Source: Promethearchaeati archaeon SRVP18_Atabeyarchaeia-1 (lineage in GTDB: Archaea > Asgardarchaeota > Atabeyarchaeia > Atabeyarchaeales > Atabeyarchaeaceae). Taken from it: a DNA stretch of 64,000 nucleotides. A model generated the notes under the pieces. That model was not told the origin of the DNA. It did no database searches and saw only the letters and a list, made by a program, of their open reading frames with translations. Location: the NCBI GenBank assembly GCA_037308085.1, contig CP147779.1, positions 512,001 to 576,000 on the forward strand, given 5' to 3'. Below, piece after piece: positions 30,588 to 39,575 of the stretch; positions within the stretch are counted from its first letter, which is position 1; the number at the start of each line of letters is the position of its first letter. The position numbers were made by a program, and so were the translations under genes.

Positions 30588-30878
30588 ATGAAAGGCACAA
30601 GAGGGTACAAGAACGGAACAAGAAAACTTCTGCGAAAGCACATCCGAAGCAAGGGTATGATCCCATTGGGAAGGATGCTTCGCGAATACTCGCCTGGTGA
30701 GAAGGTTAACATAATAATAGACTCAAGCATTGCAAAGGGACAACCACACAAGAGATTCCACGGAAAAGTGGGGGAAATAACGGAGAAGAGAGGAAGAGCA
30801 TACGTAGTGCTGGTCAAAGACGGTAATCTTGAGAAGCAGGTGATAGCGAGACCAGAACATCTGGTTCCCCACAAGTAG
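30588..30878 (+). CDS. rpl21e: 50S ribosomal protein L21e
   Basis: KGQPHKRFHGK, RPEHL. Confidence 0.96.
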   Translation: MKGTRGYKNGTRKLLRKHIRSKGMIPLGRMLREYSPGEKVNIIIDSSIAKGQPHKRFHGKVGEITEKRGRAYVVLVKDGNLEKQVIARPEHLVPHK

Positions 30879-30880
30879 AG

Positions 30881-31231
30881 GTGACTTATTTGCCCAAGGA
30901 AGTGCTTGACGAAAGATCTGTAACCCTCGAAGAAGTCCAAGAGCTGCTGAAGGAGAACGAAAAGAGGGGAGAATTGAGTTACATTCAGAGAGTAACACTG
31001 GACTATGCGATCAAGTTCTCTCAGCTTACTTTGGAGAATGCCAAGAAGCTAGTTGATGAACTTCGCGCGGAGTTTAATTTCGATCTTGACACAGCGATAC
31101 AGATCGCCAATTGCCTGCCTGCCTCTCTCAGTGAACTCAGGACCTTTATGGTCGGAACAAAGGAGAACGCGTTAGGTCAAGAGGAACTTGTGAAAATACT
31201 CGAGAAGATTAACAAAACAGCCTCCCGTTAA
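30881..31231 (+). CDS. rpoF: RNA polymerase subunit Rpo4/F
   Basis: ELSYIQRVTLDY, IANCLP; conserved synteny. Confidence 0.9.
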   Translation: MTYLPKEVLDERSVTLEEVQELLKENEKRGELSYIQRVTLDYAIKFSQLTLENAKKLVDELRAEFNFDLDTAIQIANCLPASLSELRTFMVGTKENALGQEELVKILEKINKTASR

Positions 31232-31267
31232 GATATCCGTCACAGCTTGAGGGATGAGGGGGATATC

Positions 31268-31849
31268 ATGTACTCGACTGCCAGGAAATTCGAGGAAGTC
31301 GCTTATGTTCTCGATTTTCTGTTGCAGGGTCATCCAAGTGAGAGGATGCCCTCCTACCAAAGGGAGCAACTTGTCCAAGCCATTGGAGAGCAATATTTCA
31401 CACTTCTTGAACTTACCCCAAGGAGAGACGCGCAATTCACCGCGAGAGAGCGCCTTCTCATAGGAAAGGACGGCAATCAGAAGATTGACCACGTTAGAGG
31501 CCGTATCCAGTACGATGACTTGACCGCTGGGGCCAAGAATGAGCTACCAGAAGTCGTCGAGAACATAATAGGCGCTGGGGAAGAGCGATTCACAAGATTC
31601 TTCAATACTGCTGGTCCAATAACCACAAGATTACACCAGCTTCAACTCCTCCCAGGCGTTGGCAAGAAAACCATGTGGGATATTCTTGACGAAAGAAAGA
31701 AGAAGCCGTTTTCCGGCTTTCAGGATCTAGTTGGTCGTGTGCGCATTCAAGACCCGAAGAAGACAATCGCCAAGAGAGTACTGATGGAACTCCAGAGTGA
31801 GGACAAGTATCAGATTTTCACTTGGAAATACAAAGCGCCTCAGCAGTAG
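31268..31849 (+). CDS. DUF655 family protein
   Basis: AYVLDF, QAIGE.YFTLLE, RLHQLQLLPGVG (HhH); conserved synteny. Confidence 0.9.
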   Translation: MYSTARKFEEVAYVLDFLLQGHPSERMPSYQREQLVQAIGEQYFTLLELTPRRDAQFTARERLLIGKDGNQKIDHVRGRIQYDDLTAGAKNELPEVVENIIGAGEERFTRFFNTAGPITTRLHQLQLLPGVGKKTMWDILDERKKKPFSGFQDLVGRVRIQDPKKTIAKRVLMELQSEDKYQIFTWKYKAPQQ

Positions 31850-31883
31850 CCCGAAGAAGAGAAGAATTCCCGATGAGAGAACA

Positions 31884-32714
31884 ATGCAACCTAACCCACT
31901 CTCGGTCCGCAGAATTTTGACTGATAATAGGATAAGACCAACTAAGAGGAAGGGGCAACACTTCATATTAGATCAGGGCCTCGTTGAGAAAGAAGTCGGT
32001 TACGCCGAACTGAGAGCGTCTGATCGTGTTTTCGAAATCGGAGCGGGTCTGGGAGCGCTCTCGATGGCAATAGCGGCCAGGGGCAACGAGTTAGTCAGCA
32101 TCGAGATAGACAGCAGGCTAGTCAAACTACTTTCGGCAACACTCAAGGAGCAAAGAAACCTTTCACTAGTTAGGGCAGACGCACTTACCTTCGAACCGAG
32201 AGGGATCAACAAGATCATATCTAATATACCATACAACTTGTCTTCTAGCATCACCTTCAAAATCCTTGAATCAGAATTCGAGACGGCGATTCTCACCTAT
32301 CAGGTCGATTTCGCAAGGAGAATGATCGCCAAACCGGGATCGAAGGATTACAGTAGGCTTAGCGTGAATGTCTACTATAGAGCGGACGCAGAGATCATGG
32401 ACAAGATACCGAGAAGTGCTTTCTATCCCATGCCATCTGTCGATTCTGCAATTGTGAGGTTACGGCGCCGGGAGACCCCTTTTTCCGTTGACGACGAGGG
32501 ATTCTTCTTCAAGCTGTTGCGCGGGCTTTTCCCCTACCGGAACCAATTGCTGACCAAGGTAATGAAACGCTTTCTTAGGCTCAACAGCTATGCCAACCTT
32601 GACGCCCTGAGAATAATGAAGGACGCAGGTGTAGATGACGATCGAATAAGGAACCTTCAGCCAGAATCGATCGCAAGGCTCTCAAATGTGCTATTTAATT
32701 CGGTTAATCGCTGA
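31884..32714 (+). CDS. rsmA: 16S rRNA dimethyladenosine transferase KsgA/Dim1
   Basis: GQHF, EIGAGLG, SNIPY, YSRLS. Confidence 0.93.
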   Translation: MQPNPLSVRRILTDNRIRPTKRKGQHFILDQGLVEKEVGYAELRASDRVFEIGAGLGALSMAIAARGNELVSIEIDSRLVKLLSATLKEQRNLSLVRADALTFEPRGINKIISNIPYNLSSSITFKILESEFETAILTYQVDFARRMIAKPGSKDYSRLSVNVYYRADAEIMDKIPRSAFYPMPSVDSAIVRLRRRETPFSVDDEGFFFKLLRGLFPYRNQLLTKVMKRFLRLNSYANLDALRIMKDAGVDDDRIRNLQPESIARLSNVLFNSVNR

Positions 32715-33344
32715 TCTATTTCTTCCCAGCCTTGGAGGGTCCACTTGTTGCGCCGACAGAACCAAGAGTTTGTCGAAGAAAATCTTCTTAGATCTCACCG
32801 TGGAGACTTCCATTCCCCTAATCCGAAGCCTTCTGATTGTCTTCTTAGCGCCACTGGACGGGTGAACGATAAGCGCTACCCCCCCTGCCTGTAGACGTCC
32901 AGACAGCTCATCGATGAATCTATCTATTACCACTCTTCCCCGTGGCCCACCTGCCCATGCCTTCTCCAGCCAACCTGCCCTGTACTCGGAGGACTTTGTT
33001 CGCAGGTAAGGAGGATTGAACAAGACAATATCAAACAAAACACCTTCCCTAAGAGAGCTGAACAGGTCACCAGTGATCACACTCACCAAACCTGTTAAGC
33101 CATTCAACCGTACGTTTTTGGACGCGCATCTTGACGCATGTGGGTTTATGTCTATCGCCACAATTCTTCGCGCCCCGAGAAGTGCAGCCCTAATTGCTTG
33201 GATTCCCGTTCCAGTACCCATATCCAGAACCTGGCTACCTTTCTCCACCTTAATGCTTTCTTCCAGAAGAAACGAGTCATCACTTGGAGAATATACTTCC
33301 TCATCCGAAAGGATTCTTGGATTCGGTCCTGAGTATTGCGCCAA
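32691..33344 (-). CDS. HemK2/PrmC-family methyltransferase
   Basis: VYSPSDDSFLL, DMGTGTG, FNPPY. Confidence 0.9.
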   Translation of the reverse strand: MAQYSGPNPRILSDEEVYSPSDDSFLLEESIKVEKGSQVLDMGTGTGIQAIRAALLGARRIVAIDINPHASRCASKNVRLNGLTGLVSVITGDLFSSLREGVLFDIVLFNPPYLRTKSSEYRAGWLEKAWAGGPRGRVVIDRFIDELSGRLQAGGVALIVHPSSGAKKTIRRLRIRGMEVSTVRSKKIFFDKLLVLSAQQVDPPRLGRNRSAINRIK

Positions 33345-33366
33345 TGTTTAAACAGACTGCCCCCGT

Positions 33367-33999
33367 TCACTGAGTCTTTACAGTTTTCACCTCCGATGCG
33401 GCTCCGCGAGCTATGAGGACCAAAGCGTTTTCCTTTGGCAACGCAACGATGTCCTCCTGCTGAAATGGGCCATATTCCTCCAAGTCCACGCCGACCAGCT
33501 TTGGCATAGGTTGGAGCATGCGAAGCAACATCATTTCCGAGGATTCTCCCACATCAGTCGCAGTGTGCTCCTCCTCCCTGGGAATGCTGATTGCCGTCCT
33601 TCCTTCTCCGCGCGGCGATTGCATCCGTTGTTGCACATAGTTACTCAAATCCCTGCGCAGATCTTCAATTAGTGATGTCTCTCCTGCAAGTAGGTTGGGA
33701 GCGATCTGCGCCGAGTCTTCAAGAGACAGTGACACGATCTTCTTGGCCCTGGTCTTGAGCAGAGTCCTTAGCATGAATTCCGTGTACTCTATCTCACGTT
33801 TCTTGGCTTGCTCCGTACTAGTGTCCTCGCCCCGTGTAGAGAGTGAAGACTTCAGATTTGATAGGTACACAGTAGCTCTCTCGAAAAAGTCGGACGGAAG
33901 AGGCTGGATGGCTTCCGAGTTTTTCTCGCGCTTCCAAGCATCAAAGATCTCCCCGTACAAGCTAATCCCAACCTTGTCAGTCATCAGGATAGGAGGCAT
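33367..33999 (-). CDS. GINS complex subunit (Gins15/51-type)
   Basis: QPLPSDF helical A-domain; C-terminal VGVDLEEYGPF...LP B-domain; next to PCNA. Confidence 0.85.
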   Translation of the reverse strand: MPPILMTDKVGISLYGEIFDAWKREKNSEAIQPLPSDFFERATVYLSNLKSSLSTRGEDTSTEQAKKREIEYTEFMLRTLLKTRAKKIVSLSLEDSAQIAPNLLAGETSLIEDLRRDLSNYVQQRMQSPRGEGRTAISIPREEEHTATDVGESSEMMLLRMLQPMPKLVGVDLEEYGPFQQEDIVALPKENALVLIARGAASEVKTVKTQ

Positions 34000-34019
34000 T
34001 CCTCCTATTTCTGAGAAAC

Positions 34020-34787
34020 CTATTCGGCCTCACGCCTAGGTGCCAAGAAATAGGTTATGCGTCCGCCGCTTGAGATCCCTAGATCTACTCTGAGTGGCAT
34101 ATTTGTGGAAAACTGAAGAGAAGCCGTTTCAGAGATCGAACTGGCTTTCATCATGTCGTTCAGGTAATTGAGAGCGTATATGGCATTTGACTCCTCCTTA
34201 ACCTCCAATTCAAGCAGCGCTTCACTCCCCTTCCTGAACTCGATGAGTGCGTCCCCTGTATCGCCCGAGGCCTGCATTGTCAGCATATCCGGTTTCACAA
34301 TTATCTTCACCTGGTCGCTAACTACGCCAGCATCCTTGATCGCCTCGCCAATAGCCTCAGTTGTTAGCTTTGCCGTCACATTGAACTCGACGCGAGGCGT
34401 CGGTAGCTCCTCCGACCCAAGATCTAGAAGTGATTGGCTGAAAGTTCTTGTTGATTTCCCGCGAAACCGAACAAGAAGTTTATTGCTCTTGTCATCATGA
34501 ACTAATTCAAGTGAATCACCCGAACCAGCGCGCCTCATGATTTTCCCCATTTCTTCCAGGTTTATCCCCATCTTCATCTCTGAGCTACATTGATACTCTT
34601 CAAAGGCATCTTTTGAAAGCTCAAAGTCGACCATCGCTACGCGAACGGGGTCCATTGCCCGCATCTTCAGGGCCGCTGGCGTGACCATGAAGTTGGCTTG
34701 TTCCACCAATGTCGAGAGTGCTTCGATAACAGATCGCCACAGTTTTGCATCAGAGAGTACTGCTCTAAACAAATACAATTCCTCCAA
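34020..34787 (-). CDS. pcn: PCNA sliding clamp
   Basis: AMDPVRVAM and YFLAPR motifs. Confidence 0.96.
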   Translation of the reverse strand: MEELYLFRAVLSDAKLWRSVIEALSTLVEQANFMVTPAALKMRAMDPVRVAMVDFELSKDAFEEYQCSSEMKMGINLEEMGKIMRRAGSGDSLELVHDDKSNKLLVRFRGKSTRTFSQSLLDLGSEELPTPRVEFNVTAKLTTEAIGEAIKDAGVVSDQVKIIVKPDMLTMQASGDTGDALIEFRKGSEALLELEVKEESNAIYALNYLNDMMKASSISETASLQFSTNMPLRVDLGISSGGRITYFLAPRREAE

Positions 34788-34849
34788 CTATCTTAGATGA
34801 GCCACAATCCATTTAAAGCCACAATAGTTTTGTGGAAACACTAATATAA

Positions 34850-35200
34850 TTATTTCCCGTGCTGGTCGTATGCGTTTACCCGCTTCTTTACTTGCTGCAT
34901 TTCGTTGTAGATCTCAAAGTCAAAGTTGCTCATATCTTGGATGACTATTGGATCAATTTCTGGCATGTCACTATTCTCTTTTGCCGAAAAGTGTCCTATG
35001 ACGCGTAGCTTCTGACCTTCTTTGTATTTACAGATGGATCTCACCAAAGCCCTGCCGCCCCCATCCCCTATTATGAAGGGATTCGTTTCAATAACCTGTG
35101 CGTAAACTCTAATGATCCGATCTGAATTGGAAACCTGCCCGATTTTCTTCACGATAGAAGCGCGACTGGATTTAGACAAAAGAATGCGGGTCCCCCCCAT
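34850..35200 (-). CDS. small OB-fold protein, RPA14/RPA3-like
   Basis: IRVYAQV...IGDGGG...LRVIG...DFEIY pattern; lies between TFS and PCNA. Confidence 0.55.
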   Translation of the reverse strand: MGGTRILLSKSSRASIVKKIGQVSNSDRIIRVYAQVIETNPFIIGDGGGRALVRSICKYKEGQKLRVIGHFSAKENSDMPEIDPIVIQDMSNFDFEIYNEMQQVKKRVNAYDQHGK

Positions 35201-35227
35201 CAGCTAATTCCCAAGAAAGCTCTGCGG

Positions 35228-35569
35228 TCAATATTCTCTCCACGTGTGCTTGCACTTAAGGCATCTGAAGAACAGCGTAGAACCTTCATCTGCTGCCCTA
35301 GTCTGAACCTGCCAGTAGGCCGCCAAGTTGTTATGGCATTTTGGGCAGTCCACTTTGGCGGTAGGCATAGTAGCAAGATCCTTGGAATCACCTTCGACTA
35401 CAGTTATCTTGTCGCGAGGCGTGTGCTTAATGCTCTCGTGCAGGACGTATGACTCTGGTTTGCTATTATCCTGTTCCGTGTAGCCACATTTGCGACACGC
35501 AAGTATCGTTTCCGATGCGTCCTTTCTTGGCATTAGAAGAGCCCCACATTTTGGACAGAAGCGTACCAT
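35228..35569 (-). CDS. tfs: transcription factor S
   Basis: Two Zn ribbons; QTRAADEG. Confidence 0.95.
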   Translation of the reverse strand: MVRFCPKCGALLMPRKDASETILACRKCGYTEQDNSKPESYVLHESIKHTPRDKITVVEGDSKDLATMPTAKVDCPKCHNNLAAYWQVQTRAADEGSTLFFRCLKCKHTWREY

Positions 35570-35631
35570 AATACACACCTCGAAGTATGCGCACTCGACA
35601 CAGCGAAGCCACTATCGTGGGCACTGCAACC

Positions 35632-36120
35632 TCACATAGAACCAATGCCCGGGCAAGAGTTATGGGTTTTTTGCTGATCACCGTCAACGGATCGAAGGTC
35701 AAGATTTTGCATTATTCTCTTCAACAAATTGGCAAACCCTCTGATGGCTGAGACCTCCTCCTTCTTTCGATCCCGCAAGTCATCCTCCTTGAATTCTGAT
35801 GCTACAACGCTTGCTGCATCTTCAATGTCGATTATCTTGTTCAGCCATGCCGATGCTATGATCGATTCGACAATGTCACCCATCTGATCGGAGCCTGCTC
35901 TCTTAGGCGCAATCTTCCGAAATCCGGCCTCAGTCAATGCTAGCGACAGAACTTTGTCGGAGGCTCTCATACCTTCTGGTCTTCTCAAGACAAAGGAGAT
36001 CGCGAGCGAAAGCACGAGATTTGTTATGCTATCACCCAGTCTGGCTAGACCTTTGTCATTTACTAGCGATCTAGGTGTTATAACGCCAGATAGGGAATCC
36101 CTCTTCATCTGGAGACTCAT
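35632..36120 (-). CDS. archaeal RNase III-like domain protein
   Basis: DKGLARLGD and GDIVESII motifs; usual neighbour of rpoL/TFS. Confidence 0.75.
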   Translation of the reverse strand: MSLQMKRDSLSGVITPRSLVNDKGLARLGDSITNLVLSLAISFVLRRPEGMRASDKVLSLALTEAGFRKIAPKRAGSDQMGDIVESIIASAWLNKIIDIEDAASVVASEFKEDDLRDRKKEEVSAIRGFANLLKRIMQNLDLRSVDGDQQKTHNSCPGIGSM

Positions 36121-36141
36121 CAGCGACTCTTCCTGATAATA

Positions 36142-36441
36142 TCACTTCTGTGATTCGACAGCTTTGGAGAATTTTTCGCTGAACTCCCCAACTAGAGAGG
36201 CCATTTTAGATGACGCCTCGCCCAGTGTCTTCATTGCGTTCTTGCCGTCAGTCTTCAGAGCTAGGCGTGCGGCCAATTTCATCGGATGATCAATCACATA
36301 GCTGGCAAAGAGCACCTTATCGTCATCAAGAAGAGTATCGCGCAAAAGATTAAGGAGAGTGTGTCCTTCACCTTCTATGACGACTTCCAAGTTATATTCC
36401 CCTTGATTTGTCGCGGTCACTTTCATGAGTTCTTCCTCCAT
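36142..36441 (-). CDS. rpoL: RNA polymerase subunit Rpo11/L
   Basis: GEGHTLLNLL, YVIDHP. Confidence 0.95.
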   Translation of the reverse strand: MEEELMKVTATNQGEYNLEVVIEGEGHTLLNLLRDTLLDDDKVLFASYVIDHPMKLAARLALKTDGKNAMKTLGEASSKMASLVGEFSEKFSKAVESQK

Positions 36442-37013
36442 TAGAAGAAGGGTTTACCATAATTCAGAGATAGTTTTCTTTCTTCAACATTGTAGCACGC
36501 CGGACATGAAAGCCTTGAGCCGCTTAACGCCAAAGGCGTGCCACAGCGTGAGCAAAGAGTGTAGAGAACCCCCAGGGTGCTTCCAGCGGTGGATAGCTGG
36601 TAAGGAAGATGCGATGCGTTGACTATCCTTGCCCTAACCACATCCCCTGGCTTGAACACCGAATCCATGCTGTCCGTGTATTCATCGCTCACCTGTGATA
36701 TGTGTATCAAGCCAGACGCCGACGTAGAAAGGCTCTGGCCTCTTATCCTCGCTATGCTAACCTCTGCCACCTGCTTATGGACGAACACAATCTTGCCTAT
36801 TACTATATCTCCGTTATTAGGAGGAATGGGCTTGTTCAATCGCCTAAATACTTTGACTTTCTTCTCGACTTTGTCAACAAGGATCACGCCAATCCTCGAA
36901 GAGAATATTGTGCCACCCTCTTCATAGGTTCCTTCTGAAGGCACGTACTCTTCAATGACGCCGATCCTGTCTCCCGGAACCACTAGGTCTCCAGTACTCG
37001 CTTTTGCATTCAT
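36441..37013 (-). CDS. csl4: exosome RNA-binding protein Csl4
   Basis: VVPGD, S1 domain, C-terminal Zn ribbon, EERK. Confidence 0.93.
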   Translation of the reverse strand: MNAKASTGDLVVPGDRIGVIEEYVPSEGTYEEGGTIFSSRIGVILVDKVEKKVKVFRRLNKPIPPNNGDIVIGKIVFVHKQVAEVSIARIRGQSLSTSASGLIHISQVSDEYTDSMDSVFKPGDVVRARIVNASHLPYQLSTAGSTLGVLYTLCSRCGTPLALSGSRLSCPACYNVEERKLSLNYGKPFF

Positions 37014-37336
37014 ACGACTATTCCCCCGCTTAAGGCAACATGAACATATGTCAGTGAAACAGTCTATAGAGTAGAACTACTCGCTTCTCCTTAATGATTT
37101 CCCTCTCTGAAGCTAATGAATCTTTTTCACATCAACCATGAGAACAAGCCGAGCAAAAGGAAACAAGACCCTCTGCTCCGTCCCGTTCGGAAAATCCTGT
37201 TAGATGCAAAACTACCAACTATCCTCAAAACATATATGTCATTTGATCATTGCACTAATAAATCTAGTGGAGAACGGTTCTGTTAACTTGTTGGGTGATC
37301 GCTCTGGCTGTTAACCGTCGGGTGATGTTGAACGCA

Positions 37337-37861
37337 TCATAGCCTTGGTAGAATCTTTTCCCTTACGACTTTCTCTAGCTCACTCGATTTGTCATAATCT
37401 TGCTCTGTGGTCTCGATCGTAGCTATGGCCCTGCCTTGCATCAAAGCGTCTTTCTCAGCCAAGTTATGAGTATTGGTCTTTCTGAAATATATAATGAAAA
37501 CTTTGAAATGTTTCTCAAGCTCATCTATTGGGTTGAGAATGCACGCTTTGTTTATTTTCTTCCCTTGTCTTCTGTTGCCGAACATAGTGAATGGGATAAT
37601 CAAAATGTATGGTTTGCTTGTTGCTTCTCTATTACATTCATCTATTCGTCTTTGAATGTTTTCTTGAACCTTATCAACATCACAGAATGGTGATTGTTCT
37701 TGTGGTGAACCAAAGTTAACAGCACATACTATCTTGCCTTTGAATTTCCTTTCAACAAAGAAATCTGGGTTAGGAGAATCTTCTTCAATCCCAAAGAAAC
37801 TTCTCATAGTAGTTGTTTTTCCGCTTTTAATCCCACCACAAAGAATGACGATGCTATTCGT
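37337..37861 (-). CDS. P-loop-containing hypothetical passenger protein (ACG start inferred; first ATG at 37807)
   Basis: In-frame upstream extension NSIVILCGGIKSGKTT (Walker A) follows GAGGA RBS + ACG. Confidence 0.55.
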   Translation of the reverse strand, partial: TNSIVILCGGIKSGKTTTMRSFFGIEEDSPNPDFFVERKFKGKIVCAVNFGSPQEQSPFCDVDKVQENIQRRIDECNREATSKPYILIIPFTMFGNRRQGKKINKACILNPIDELEKHFKVFIIYFRKTNTHNLAEKDALMQGRAIATIETTEQDYDKSSELEKVVREKILPRL

Positions 37862-37895
37862 ATTTCCTCAACAAAACTATGATAGGAGACAGTCT

Positions 37896-39047
37896 TTAGC
37901 TTAAGGGTTTTCTATCCTGTTGGCTTGCGTTTTGGATGATTGTTAGCCACTTGTTGTCTCCTTTGACTTTGATTCCACACCTGTCTGCGGGCGTTTCTCC
38001 GTCTAAGGCTTCGTGTGGTCTAACGTAGTTGTGGAATATTTGATAGCCTTTGATGGCTGGCGTGTCTTTCTTCTTCAGCCCGCGCATGACTTTCTCCCTG
38101 TCTCTGACTTCGCCGTTCATTCTCTCCATCTTGTTATTATTGAGATCTCCCCTAGCACTAATGTGCTGAATATGCTTAGTTCTCGGACTGTGAGTAGTCC
38201 AGAACTCTTTCTTGTACGCGATATGGTAGGCTTGAAGGCCATCAGTTATTATGGTTAAGGGCTTCTTTCCTGCTAGTTCTTTTCCTCTTCGGAAGAGGGC
38301 ACCTGCATCATGCTCATATTTTGTTTCTGCTACCTCCTGCGCGATCCAAAATCTTGTTTGATCATCCATCAGGGCAAACAGGTACTTCATGTCTCCCTTG
38401 ATCTTTACATAGAGTTCGTCAGCTCTCCAAGTGTCAGAGACGTTAGGCTTTATCTGTTCAAGGTACTTACCCATGAGTTTAACGTACTTTATTATCCACT
38501 TGTAGACCGCGACATGGGAAATGTTGACACCTTGCAGTATTAGGAACTTCTGAACATTCCTCAATGATTCGCCAGTGAAGTATAGTTGCATGGCTGAGGT
38601 TATGACTTGCGGGGTTGCCCTCATCTTCTCAAAGCCAATGTTGAAGCTGAACCGCTTCCCACAGTTCCCACACCTATACCTCTGGATGTCTCCGTACTTG
38701 TTGTGGCGTAGAGAATCCTTAACTATGTCCGTTGAACCGCAGAACTTGCACACACTCATAGTTAGCGGTTCAATTACTGCTCCCGCTTGAACCTCATTCC
38801 TTAGAGCTGTTGAGAATTCAACCGCATAGATGTGCTTGCACTTTACCGCTCTATACTTGTAGTCCGGGCACTCGCAAACCCATCTATCCTCGGCCAGTGA
38901 AACGAGGTAGGCTCCGTTCCCACTCTGTGAAAGAACCCTGTAAGTTGTAGGATCAATTCTGCTTACTTGGCTTTCCTTTGCTTTTGAGATTCCTTGTCCT
39001 CGCGTTTCCCGTGCCTTTATTTGAGATTGGTTCAGTTCTGCTAACAT
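37896..39047 (-). CDS. IS6-like DDE transposase with N-terminal SWIM finger and Zn ribbon
   Basis: CECPD...CKH (SWIM), CKFC/CGNC, WRADE, ITDG, NNKMER. Confidence 0.9.
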   Translation of the reverse strand: MLAELNQSQIKARETRGQGISKAKESQVSRIDPTTYRVLSQSGNGAYLVSLAEDRWVCECPDYKYRAVKCKHIYAVEFSTALRNEVQAGAVIEPLTMSVCKFCGSTDIVKDSLRHNKYGDIQRYRCGNCGKRFSFNIGFEKMRATPQVITSAMQLYFTGESLRNVQKFLILQGVNISHVAVYKWIIKYVKLMGKYLEQIKPNVSDTWRADELYVKIKGDMKYLFALMDDQTRFWIAQEVAETKYEHDAGALFRRGKELAGKKPLTIITDGLQAYHIAYKKEFWTTHSPRTKHIQHISARGDLNNNKMERMNGEVRDREKVMRGLKKKDTPAIKGYQIFHNYVRPHEALDGETPADRCGIKVKGDNKWLTIIQNASQQDRKPLS

Positions 39048-39052
39048 GTTTA

Positions 39053-39138
39053 TCGCCTTCTATAAGGGTATAAGGACATAGCTACATATAAGGCTTTCCA
39101 CATAGAAGGCGACATACTTAAAAGGGTAAAAGGGTAAA
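39053..39138. promoter_or_regulatory. divergent promoter/operator between the transposase and RHH genes
   Basis: Perfect 11-bp inverted repeat TCGCCTTCTAT (39053-63) / ATAGAAGGCGA (39102-12); tandem AAAAGGGT x2; TATA-like tracts. Confidence 0.55.
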
Positions 39139-39158
39139 TATATAAATGGTTATGGACG

Positions 39159-39335
39159 ATGACAAAAGCAATAAAGGCGAAGCATAAGACTACCAAAACT
39201 ACCATAGACATCGATGAAGATCTCTGGAAAAAATTCAGCATTATAGTTATTCAGAAATATGGTGGTCGTAAGAAAAACGCTATACTTACTGACCTCATAA
39301 AAGAATATGTGGAGAAGAACGAAGTTGGGAAATAG
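39159..39335 (+). CDS. ribbon-helix-helix DNA-binding protein (58 aa; missing from the ORF track)
   Basis: Manual translation MTKAIKAKHKTTKTTIDIDEDLWKKFSIIVIQKYGGRKKNAILTDLIKEYVEKNEVGK shows the RHH pattern. Confidence 0.75.
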   Translation: MTKAIKAKHKTTKTTIDIDEDLWKKFSIIVIQKYGGRKKNAILTDLIKEYVEKNEVGK

Positions 39336-39575
39336 TATGAGCCAAAACAACATTTCGCCTATAATCTTGGCTGCTATCGGAGATTCACAATCTATAGGCA
39401 TCTCTCCACATCAGGTTGCAATCAAGACTGATGAGAAGTCAACCAAGGAGTTGAAGAGTCTCGGTGCAGAAGGTTCCTGTCGATAGAGCCGTTAAGATCA
39501 TTAAGATGGCTGAAAAGACTAGGAGGAACCTGGATTTGGTGGAAGAAAGGGTGCCTTCACAAGAGGTGAGCCCTG

